DNA from: Nanobdella aerobiophila
GTDB taxonomy: Archaea > Nanobdellota > Nanobdellia > Nanobdellales > Nanobdellaceae
Assembly (NCBI RefSeq): GCF_023169545.1
Contig: NZ_AP019769.1
Span: forward strand, 420,001-452,000
Direction of reading: 5' to 3'
DNA length: 32,000 bases
This document shows positions 25,190 to 32,000 of the stretch, one piece after another; the stretch's first letter is position 1, and every line of letters starts with the position of its first letter. The position numbers and the translations under genes are program-made. The notes under the pieces were generated by a model. It was not told the origin of the DNA. It made no database searches and saw only the letters and a program-made list of their open reading frames with translations.

Positions 25190-25594
25190 ATGGATTGTAT
25201 ATTCTGTAAAATAGTAAATAAAGAGATTCCTGCATATATTTTATATGAAGATGCATATTCAATAGCATTTCTAGATATAAATCCTTCAAATAAAGGGCAC
25301 TCATTATTTATACCTAAAAAACATTTTGAAAGATTATCAGAGATGGATAATGAATATATAAGAAACTTTTATGGGGGCTTTAATAAATTTTTAAGATTAT
25401 TTGAAGATAGAATATCAAAAGATTATAATATTATTGCAAATAATGGTAAAAAAGCTGGACAAGCGATATTCCATGCTCATATACATATAATACCACAATA
25501 TGAAGATGATGGATATAAAAAATTATTTACTTTAAACTCAAATAAATTAACTGAAAAAGAAGCAAAAGAAATTGTAAAAAAATTTATTAGTTAA
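25190..25594 (+). CDS. HIT-family nucleotide hydrolase/transferase
   Basis: The ORF reads MDCIFCKIVNKEIPAYILYEDAYSIAFLDINP...GHSLFIPKKH. The histidine triad is QAIFHAHIHIIP. Confidence 0.9.
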   Translation: MDCIFCKIVNKEIPAYILYEDAYSIAFLDINPSNKGHSLFIPKKHFERLSEMDNEYIRNFYGGFNKFLRLFEDRISKDYNIIANNGKKAGQAIFHAHIHIIPQYEDDGYKKLFTLNSNKLTEKEAKEIVKKFIS

Positions 25595-25739
25595 AGTATT
25601 AAATCTAAATATACCTCTTTTCGAGTTTTGAAAATACTAAAATTCTTCCATAGGATATAAGAACAAAGGACTAAACCGGTTTTATTAAGATTTAATATTA
25701 AAATAAAAAAAATTCTAGAATTTATAAGAATTTCCTATT

Positions 25740-26429
25740 TTATTCTTTATATTCTATTATACCATCATTAATTATCTTAAATTTAATAGATAATCCTTCT
25801 GGAAGATATCTATGCCTTTTTAAAATCGCTTCTCTTACACCATTTTCATAGACTTTTAATTCTATTAAACATTTAGACCAATATTTTATTAAATCACCGC
25901 CAACAATTCCGATTTTATCTCTCTGATCTAATAAAGAATATACTTGATTGGTTACAATTACTGGTATATTATATTTTCTATTTATTTCAGAAAAGACCTG
26001 CAACTGCCTTGCGAGCTCAGTATTTACTTCATTTACATCTTCATCACCTTTTTCTAACCTATATAGCATAGATATAGAGTCTATAACTAATAATCCAATA
26101 CTATTGCTATTATTTTTTATATAATCATAGGCTAAGAATATTGATTTTCGTTGTTCTAAGAAGCTAACCGGTTTATATATTAGAATATTTTTCATCACAT
26201 TATCAAAATCCTCTTTAGATATTTGTTTTAGTCTTTCAAAAGAAAAGCCACCCTCAGTATCTATATAAATCACTTTCTTCCCTGTTCTTGATATATTATA
26301 AGAGGATATTATAGCGATATTTGTTTTTCCAGAAGCTGCAGGGCCATAGAATGACGTAATTATATCTTTTTCTATTCCGCCATTTAATAATTTATCAATA
26401 GGATAAACACCAGTTGATATAACAGTCAT
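25740..26429 (-). CDS. radB: RadB (RecA/RadA paralogue, DNA repair and recombination)
   Basis: At 229 aa the ORF is a core ATPase domain only, with no N-terminal HhH domain. LLNGGIEKDIITSFYGPAASGKTNIAI is the Walker A and LLVIDSI is the Walker B. The size and layout fit RadB rather than RadA. Confidence 0.85.
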   Translation of the reverse strand: MTVISTGVYPIDKLLNGGIEKDIITSFYGPAASGKTNIAIISSYNISRTGKKVIYIDTEGGFSFERLKQISKEDFDNVMKNILIYKPVSFLEQRKSIFLAYDYIKNNSNSIGLLVIDSISMLYRLEKGDEDVNEVNTELARQLQVFSEINRKYNIPVIVTNQVYSLLDQRDKIGIVGGDLIKYWSKCLIELKVYENGVREAILKRHRYLPEGLSIKFKIINDGIIEYKE

Positions 26430-27697
26430 AATATAAATTCTTTATTATTTACCTTTATATATATTTTACTTGATTTTTGTTTAATTTTATTTTTATATTT
26501 GGTTAATATATACTTAATTATATCATCTATATCATTTAATTCTCTTTTTGTAATAGAACATATTTTACCATTTCTAATTATTAGCTCTTCATTTTTATGT
26601 TTATTATAGAATTTTTCAAAGAAATTTCTTTCCCATACAAGAGGTCCCATTTTTATTTCATACTCAGGTAGTTTATTATTATAGTACAGTATATAGCCAT
26701 TAAATGTATCTCTATCAAAATTATAATAGTAATTAAATATTTTTATTCCGAAATCTGATATTAATTTTTTTATATATAGAAATAAAGACAAAGATTTACT
26801 AAATTTTATATCTTTATTATTAGAGTTCCCTTCAATATTTATATATAAAAAATTAAGATTGTACTTATTAGTTAAATTCTCTATATCTTTATAATCTTTT
26901 ATAAATTTTTTATTAAAAAACTCTTCTTTATTATCTGAATTTAAAAATAATCTGGAATAAAAGATTAGTTCAGAAAATTTTTGTATGGAAATCGAAGCAC
27001 CAATATTTCTATATTTATTCGTTGGATCTATAATAATTACAGGTGATTTTAGCTTATCTTTAGTTAAATTTTTCTTTATTTCATCTATATTTCTATAATA
27101 ATTTTCTATATCTATAACTACTTTTGGAAACCACCTATCTATATTTTGAATAGAATTTAAAAAAGACTTGTAATATATAGTAATTATTTCTGTAGCATAT
27201 CCAGAAAAACCCCTAATATATGACTCAGCCCCATATACACCTATATTTTTCATAAATAATTTCATTAACCTTATCTGATCATTCATATCTGTATTTTTTA
27301 TTTTATCTAACACATATATAACATGAAAAGGAGATAGATCTGTTGTATTTTTTGCATCTTCTATATTTTTTATCTTCAATATAGGTACAAGTTCAAATAT
27401 ATATCCTTCATATAAAACTCTAAAATAATCTCTTGAACCCTTTATCTTCTCATAATTAAAATTTTCTTTTTTTAATATATTCTCCAATTTTTTCATATTT
27501 TCTTCGTTTTCAAATAATATAAAGGTATCTATATCAAAATCTGTTTTTATCCATGTATCTTTAGCAAAGGAACCACCTAAAATTGGTTCTAAATCATTGG
27601 ATTTTAATATATTGAAAAATTTATTTATTATATTGTATACTCTCTTTTTATCTTCTTCTGTTGGTTTTATATTATTTAATATTTTATTTAAATCCAT
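26426..27697 (-). CDS. cca: CCA-adding enzyme (archaeal class I tRNA nucleotidyltransferase)
   Basis: LEPILGGSFAKDTWIKTDFDIDTFILF is the class I G-S...D-x-D nucleotidyltransferase motif. TDLSPFH and the 423-aa length fit an archaeal CCA enzyme. Both tRNA genes in the window lack an encoded CCA. Confidence 0.85.
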   Translation of the reverse strand: MDLNKILNNIKPTEEDKKRVYNIINKFFNILKSNDLEPILGGSFAKDTWIKTDFDIDTFILFENEENMKKLENILKKENFNYEKIKGSRDYFRVLYEGYIFELVPILKIKNIEDAKNTTDLSPFHVIYVLDKIKNTDMNDQIRLMKLFMKNIGVYGAESYIRGFSGYATEIITIYYKSFLNSIQNIDRWFPKVVIDIENYYRNIDEIKKNLTKDKLKSPVIIIDPTNKYRNIGASISIQKFSELIFYSRLFLNSDNKEEFFNKKFIKDYKDIENLTNKYNLNFLYINIEGNSNNKDIKFSKSLSLFLYIKKLISDFGIKIFNYYYNFDRDTFNGYILYYNNKLPEYEIKMGPLVWERNFFEKFYNKHKNEELIIRNGKICSITKRELNDIDDIIKYILTKYKNKIKQKSSKIYIKVNNKEFIL

Positions 27698-28782
27698 TAA
27701 GATATCTTAAATCTAAGTATTGCGCCAATCTTAAAATTTGCAAATTGTTCGCCTTCTGGATGGTTTTTAGATATTATCTCTATTTTTGCGTTTGTTTGCT
27801 GGATTAGATCTAATAGTTCCTTTAATTTATCCTTATAATCTTCAGATATTATTATAGTATCTATAGCTCCTAATTCTAAGGCTTTTTTAACATCATCAAG
27901 ACCATAAACAACTAAACCTGTATTTTTTCCTAGGTGCTCAAAAAATAGATTTGCTAATTGGACCTCTTTTGTATATTCTGTCTTTTGTAAAACATCCTTC
28001 GCTTTTTCCAATAATTCTTTTAATCCATATTCATTTGAATATGCGGTATCATACACTCCCAGAACCTTTTGTTTTAATTGATATGGTAAATAATCCTCAT
28101 TTACAAATCTTTCCTTTAATAAACCTGGTCCACCAACAATTATTCCAGCCAACTTATCCATATCTTTATCAAAGAAATTTCGCATCTCATCCGCTAGATA
28201 TTTTAGCCATAAATGTACATCTTGCTCTATCAGTCTCTGAAATCGAACGGAAGACTGCCCACCTGCCCTCATTTTACTTGGAACCCATGATTCCTTATTT
28301 TCTAATACAATTAATCTGCTTCCTTTTAATGTACCTATAGTAGCTTCTCCTCTATCCAACACAATCAGACCATATATTTGTTTTGGTTTTATCATTTCTT
28401 TTAATGGATCTAACAAGAACTTAGAATCACATCTATAGATCCTTAAACTTAATTTATCTGGAGGTTCCATAGCCCATAATCTTAAATCTACCTTTCCAGG
28501 AACATTAGATATATTACCACAAAATACAACCAGTCCATTTTCTGGAGTATTTTTTAAACCCTTTAAGTAGTTTAATATTTTTGCAATAGCATCCATAACA
28601 TGTTGCCTAGTGTTTTTATCCTTAATATTTTGGGCAGTAGAATATTCGTATCCTAAATGTTCTATAACTTTAGATAATTCATAACCGGCAGGGACATAGT
28701 AAGATACTAATTCTGTTGCCCTACCTTCATAGCTTTCCAATTCTTCAATTAGCATCTGAAGTTCCAGCTCCTTAACATCCAT
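27697..28782 (-). CDS. prf1: Peptide chain release factor aRF1
   Basis: The GGQ motif (KMRAGGQSSVRFQRL) and the YxCxxxF motif (IYRCDSKFLL) are present. The NIKS-position motif reads NIKD (residues 52-55, nt 28618..28629). GRATELVSYYVP and GAILRFK are typical aRF1 termini. Confidence 0.9.
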   Translation of the reverse strand: MDVKELELQMLIEELESYEGRATELVSYYVPAGYELSKVIEHLGYEYSTAQNIKDKNTRQHVMDAIAKILNYLKGLKNTPENGLVVFCGNISNVPGKVDLRLWAMEPPDKLSLRIYRCDSKFLLDPLKEMIKPKQIYGLIVLDRGEATIGTLKGSRLIVLENKESWVPSKMRAGGQSSVRFQRLIEQDVHLWLKYLADEMRNFFDKDMDKLAGIIVGGPGLLKERFVNEDYLPYQLKQKVLGVYDTAYSNEYGLKELLEKAKDVLQKTEYTKEVQLANLFFEHLGKNTGLVVYGLDDVKKALELGAIDTIIISEDYKDKLKELLDLIQQTNAKIEIISKNHPEGEQFANFKIGAILRFKIS

Positions 28783-28804
28783 ATATCTCTATCTAACAAT
28801 ATCT

Positions 28805-29494
28805 TTAAATACCAATATATTTTTTAATATCATCATAATTTATATTTATAGACAATTTTCTAGATATATTATGTATATTTTTAATATCTCTTTCCAATAA
28901 TATACAAGCAGATGGAGAATTAACTGGTATAGACTGAGAAACATCGATTATATAAGGTATATCATTATATATGATAATATTGTACTCTGAAAAATCCCCA
29001 TGTACCAATTTTGCTTTATTATAAATCTTTTTATATTCATCTAGAATTGCATAAAAGAAATTACTTTTATCTGTTATATTTTTATAATAATTATGTAAAG
29101 ATATTACACCATCATATCCTATATACTCCATTACTAAGATATTTCCTTTATATGTATATGGTATCGGTACCTTGACTAAATTCATATACATTCTCCTTAG
29201 ATTCATATATTCTTTTTTAACCCATAAATAAGATAGACCAATTAAAGATCTTGGATATCTTCTTATTCTAGGATCTAACTTTATATATTTTACCTGTTCT
29301 TTATAGCTTCTTGACATTATTTTATATATTTTCAGCGCAACCTTTCCAGATCTGAATACTACTGCTTCTTTCCCCTCCGATATTAATACTAAATCTTCTT
29401 TTATATATTTATCGTTATATAAATCATTTAAGTAATTAAAAGTATTATTATCAAATACCTTTCCATAAGTTTTCCAGATTTCTTTATATTTCAT
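28805..29494 (-). CDS. RIO-type serine protein kinase (Rio1-like, no N-terminal wHTH)
   Basis: ISEGKEAVVF (flexible-loop/ATP-binding), ALKIYK, LVHGDFSEYNIII (catalytic loop) and IIDVSQS (metal-binding loop) are the RIO kinase signatures. Confidence 0.85.
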   Translation of the reverse strand: MKYKEIWKTYGKVFDNNTFNYLNDLYNDKYIKEDLVLISEGKEAVVFRSGKVALKIYKIMSRSYKEQVKYIKLDPRIRRYPRSLIGLSYLWVKKEYMNLRRMYMNLVKVPIPYTYKGNILVMEYIGYDGVISLHNYYKNITDKSNFFYAILDEYKKIYNKAKLVHGDFSEYNIIIYNDIPYIIDVSQSIPVNSPSACILLERDIKNIHNISRKLSININYDDIKKYIGI

Positions 29495-30243
29495 AATATT
29501 AGATCTAGCAAACTTGCCCTAATGCCAGGCAGGAACCCTAAATAAAATAACATGATGTATAAAGTATTTTTCAATTTTATATCCTTAACAAAATATCTTA
29601 TATAAAATGCAGTTATGATAGTTAATAATAATTTTAATGAATAAAATAGCAGAGGATTATTCATATTATATACAATTAAATTTAATAATGGATGTTCGGA
29701 CTTTAAATTAAAAAGAAACACTGATAGTATTGAGAATATAGATTCATATATTTCACCATATATCGATAAAATAAAAAAATTCTCATTATTAGAAAAATAG
29801 AATAAAAATGGCATTAAAAAAGATAAAAATAGCAATGGAACTACATTTATTGGATCTTTTAAAATAAATATCGGTATCTCTATTAATATAATAATTATAA
29901 GAAGATATATATAGTATTTTTTATTTTTTATAAATAGGTAAGGTAAAAATGCTAATATCATCCAAAATTCTAATATAGGAGTAAGTAACAAATATGTTCT
30001 TGGGATATATAATAGATCCATATCCACTCTAGGTATCATAAAAGCAATAGTGAGAAGTACTATAGATATAACAAGATCTTTATCTATTTTTATTTTACCT
30101 TTCTCTATAAAGAATTTATAAAATATATAAAATATTATAAAGAACAATAACCCATAGGCTGTAGTATTATATATATTATATCTATATTGAAAATCTACTA
30201 CTGGATATATAAAATATATATAAAAAAAACTTCCTAAATCCAT
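29491..30243 (-). CDS. Polytopic membrane protein, unknown function
   Basis: A 250-aa ORF with about 7 hydrophobic helices. There is a 4-nt overlap with the RIO kinase gene and a 1-nt overlap with the upstream Q/N-rich gene. Confidence 0.55.
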   Translation of the reverse strand: MDLGSFFYIYFIYPVVDFQYRYNIYNTTAYGLLFFIIFYIFYKFFIEKGKIKIDKDLVISIVLLTIAFMIPRVDMDLLYIPRTYLLLTPILEFWMILAFLPYLFIKNKKYYIYLLIIIILIEIPIFILKDPINVVPLLFLSFLMPFLFYFSNNENFFILSIYGEIYESIFSILSVFLFNLKSEHPLLNLIVYNMNNPLLFYSLKLLLTIITAFYIRYFVKDIKLKNTLYIMLFYLGFLPGIRASLLDLIL

Positions 30244-30587
30244 TAACGCCTAAACATATACTGGTAATATTGTAGCATATTGTTTAGGAGCATTATAATA
30301 TTATCCAATTTTGATGATATAGTATCCAACTTCGCATTTAGTGATTGAACTACACCTGTTATATCATTCTGCATTTGTGGTGGTAAATTTGGCATAAATG
30401 ATTGCGGATTAATCTGCCCGGAGTCAAATTGTGGAAAATTCTGCTGTGGTGGAATGGGTTGACTATTCATAAAACCATTATTCATCATATTACCTGGAAA
30501 ATTCTGCTGTGGTGGAAAATCATATCCAGCCTGCATATCATCCATATCATCTTGATTTTTGTTTCTCTTCAAGAAGTCTAAGACCAT
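30243..30587 (-). CDS. Q/N/P-rich low-complexity plus short C-terminal coiled-coil protein, unknown function
   Basis: The 114-aa ORF starts MVLDFLKRNKNQDD. About 65 aa of Q/N/P/F/M-rich sequence follow, with PPQQNFP twice. The C-terminus is helical: DITGVVQSLNAKLDTISSKLDNIIMLLNNM. The architecture is the same as in the 21570..22220 protein. Confidence 0.55.
   Translation of the reverse strand: MVLDFLKRNKNQDDMDDMQAGYDFPPQQNFPGNMMNNGFMNSQPIPPQQNFPQFDSGQINPQSFMPNLPPQMQNDITGVVQSLNAKLDTISSKLDNIIMLLNNMLQYYQYMFRR
30432..30517. repeat. Two exact 23-nt direct copies (30432..30454 and 30495..30517), 63 nt apart and in frame
   Basis: tggaaaattctgctgtggtggaa occurs twice on the plus strand. On the coding (minus) strand both copies encode PPQQNFP. 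Confidence 0.9.
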
Positions 30588-30618
30588 ATATAATTAAAAA
30601 ACTTATTAATATATAAAT

Positions 30619-31242
30619 TTATTCTTCTTCTTCATTATATTCTATTTCCATAAACTCTTCATAATCTAGCGGAAAATCTTTCTTCTTAACAAGTATACCC
30701 CTACTGGATAGATATTCTCTAGTTATTATATAATATAATAAAGCTAAAGACCTGGATCCTCTATTATTTGCTGGTATTGCCAGATCTATATATTTTAATG
30801 AATTATTTGTATCTATAAAAGCGATAGTCGTCTTTCCAGTTCTATATGCATCTATCAAAGCATTTCTATCTAATATCGGATCTGTAATTATTACTATATC
30901 TACATCTTTAAATATATCTAATGCGGGGTTTGTTAATAATCCCGGTGGGTATCTTTTAGGATATACATTTATACCAGTATATTTGTTTAACATCTGTAAT
31001 GGTTTTCTAGCCGTTTCTCTTCTTCCGACTACTAATATTTCATAGGGCTCATATTTTGATAATAATTTCGATACATATCTTAATCTTTCATCTATTTTCA
31101 TCACATCTATTATTGCCAATCCATCCGATCTTACTCTAGCTACAAATTTTTTTGTATCTTTATTCTTTATTCTGGTTCCTATATGAACACCTGCCTTTAT
31201 ATAATCTTCTAAATTAACAAGCCAAATATTTTGATCTGCCAT
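30619..31242 (-). CDS. rps2: 30S ribosomal protein S2 (uS2)
   Basis: LEDYIKAGVHIGTRIKNKDTKKFV...RSDGLAIIDVMKIDERL and DVDIVIITDP....ALIDAYRTGKTTIAFIDTNN are the uS2 blocks. The longest ORF reaches 31314 but would overlap uL2 by 68 nt. The ATG at 31242 (MADQNIWLVNLEDY...) lies 4 nt after the uL2 stop and gives an archaeal-typical length of about 207 aa. Confidence 0.9.
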   Translation of the reverse strand: MADQNIWLVNLEDYIKAGVHIGTRIKNKDTKKFVARVRSDGLAIIDVMKIDERLRYVSKLLSKYEPYEILVVGRRETARKPLQMLNKYTGINVYPKRYPPGLLTNPALDIFKDVDIVIITDPILDRNALIDAYRTGKTTIAFIDTNNSLKYIDLAIPANNRGSRSLALLYYIITREYLSSRGILVKKKDFPLDYEEFMEIEYNEEEE

Positions 31243-31246
31243 CTTA

Positions 31247-31981
31247 TTATAAATTACCTTTTCTCCTTCCGGTTCTCTTAGAACCATATTTGCCATACTT
31301 AATTGGATATCCATATTTTGGTAATGGTGTCATACCACCTTTATTTCTCTTATGTTTACCACCTAGTGGATGATCTGCAACATTTCTCGCTGTAGGTTTA
31401 TTAATGGGCCATATCTTATGATGTGCTTTCTTAAAATAATATTTATTACCAGCTCTAACAAAGGGCTTATCTGTTCTATTAGAACCTGCAACAGTCCCTA
31501 TAATTGCCCTTGATAATAAATTAACATTTTTATTTTTTCCGGATGGTAATCTTATTATAGCATATTTATCCGTTTTTTGAACTAGTAAACATGATGTGCC
31601 AGATGTTCTTGCGACTCTCCCTCCATCTCCAGGAACTAGTTCTACCATCGATATTAAAGATCCATCTGGAATGAACTTCAATGGTAATATATTTCCATTT
31701 TCTACCGGTGCATTTACACCAGCATATATCTCTTTACCTATATATATATTTTCAACAGCAGGCACCAGGATTGATGTTCCATCTTCAAATTTTATTTTTG
31801 CTATAGGAGAATAATGGCCTTTATCCTTTATTAAATCTACTACTCTACCCTTTATCTTATCAATCTTTTCTTTATCATCTAGAGGCCTTAAGGAGAACTT
31901 ACCTGCAAAATAAAAATCTGGAGTTATATATACCTTTTTTCCTTTTCCTCTCCTCTGCTGTGGAATAGTATTACCTCCCAT
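31247..31981 (-). CDS. rpl2: 50S ribosomal protein L2 (uL2)
   Basis: RRGKGKKVY, GRVVDLIKDKGHYSPIAKIKFEDG, GNILPLKFIPDGSLISMVELVPGDGGRVARTSGT, GKNKNVNLLSRAIIGTVAGSNR and ARNVADHPLGGKHKR are canonical uL2 blocks. Confidence 0.95.
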   Translation of the reverse strand: MGGNTIPQQRRGKGKKVYITPDFYFAGKFSLRPLDDKEKIDKIKGRVVDLIKDKGHYSPIAKIKFEDGTSILVPAVENIYIGKEIYAGVNAPVENGNILPLKFIPDGSLISMVELVPGDGGRVARTSGTSCLLVQKTDKYAIIRLPSGKNKNVNLLSRAIIGTVAGSNRTDKPFVRAGNKYYFKKAHHKIWPINKPTARNVADHPLGGKHKRNKGGMTPLPKYGYPIKYGKYGSKRTGRRKGNL

Positions 31982-32000
31982 CTTACATTAATCCTAATCT

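Noticed and set aside
27951-28340. 129-aa plus-strand ORF inside aRF1
   Set aside because: It lies antisense to the GGQ-containing core of aRF1 and has no independent support.
31243-31314. N-terminal 24-codon extension of uS2 (longest ORF)
   Set aside because: It would overlap the uL2 coding end by 68 nt and adds residues not found at uS2 N-termini. The ATG at 31242 sits 4 nt after the uL2 stop.
31596-31814. 72-aa plus-strand ORF inside rpl2
   Set aside because: It lies antisense to the most conserved part of uL2.
1-32000. Stop-codon reassignment or recoding, prompted by in-frame single stops at 740..742, 3345..3347 and 13677..13679 together with the NIKD variant in aRF1
   Set aside because: All three stop codons terminate well-conserved genes at the expected C-termini (TGA for rps17e, TAG for rtcB, TAA for many). 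The in-frame stops occur only in weak or decayed ORFs that are also broken in other ways.
1-32000. CRISPR arrays, rRNA genes, transposases, integrases, prophage or plasmid modules, and split tRNA halves
   Set aside because: I found no regularly spaced direct repeats, no recombinase or transposase motifs in any ORF, and no further G+C-rich tRNA-like islands beyond the two complete tRNAs. The only exact repeats are short in-frame duplications inside coding regions.

Overview
Strongly AT-rich, very gene-dense archaeal chromosome segment. I call 36 protein-coding genes (one truncated by the left window edge), 2 tRNAs and 1 probable pseudogene. There is no rRNA, CRISPR array, transposase, integrase or other recognisable mobile element. 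Most of the content is informational housekeeping: ribosomal proteins eS17, uS2 and uL2, Alba, RNAP subunit N, TFE, aRF1, RtcB, the CCA-adding enzyme, a TtuA/Ncs6-type tRNA thiolase, the GatE C-terminal portion, Dph2, RadB, an Nre-like repair protein, RIO kinase, a YchF-like GTPase, a HIT protein, TatD and PPase. Genes often overlap by 1-4 nt, and functionally unrelated genes are strung head to tail. The canonical archaeal ribosomal-protein gene order is broken, with uL2 followed directly by uS2. The two tRNAs are about two-thirds G+C in a genome that looks about one-quarter G+C by eye, which points to a thermophile. Together with two genes that encode only part of the normal protein (gatE, dph2), this looks like a reduced Nanoarchaeota/DPANN-type genome; that assignment is inference and was not verified. 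Six things are worth a second look. (1) An orphan type-IV-filament assembly core, made of an unusually long ATPase and a FlaJ/TadC-like platform, lies 38 bp from a divergent block of coiled-coil, Q/N-rich and Cys-rich small proteins. (2) Two tandem, divergent paralogues of roughly 430-450 aa belong to no family I recognise. (3) Two Q/N/P-rich low-complexity plus coiled-coil proteins carry internal exact nucleotide repeats. (4) A decayed gene with an archaeal pilin-type N-terminus sits in the longest non-coding gap. (5) The gatE and dph2 genes are split or truncated. (6) Divergent gene pairs recur at a 36-38 bp spacing. I found no compelling defence island or clearly novel multi-gene system, and all functional calls rest on motif recognition by eye.
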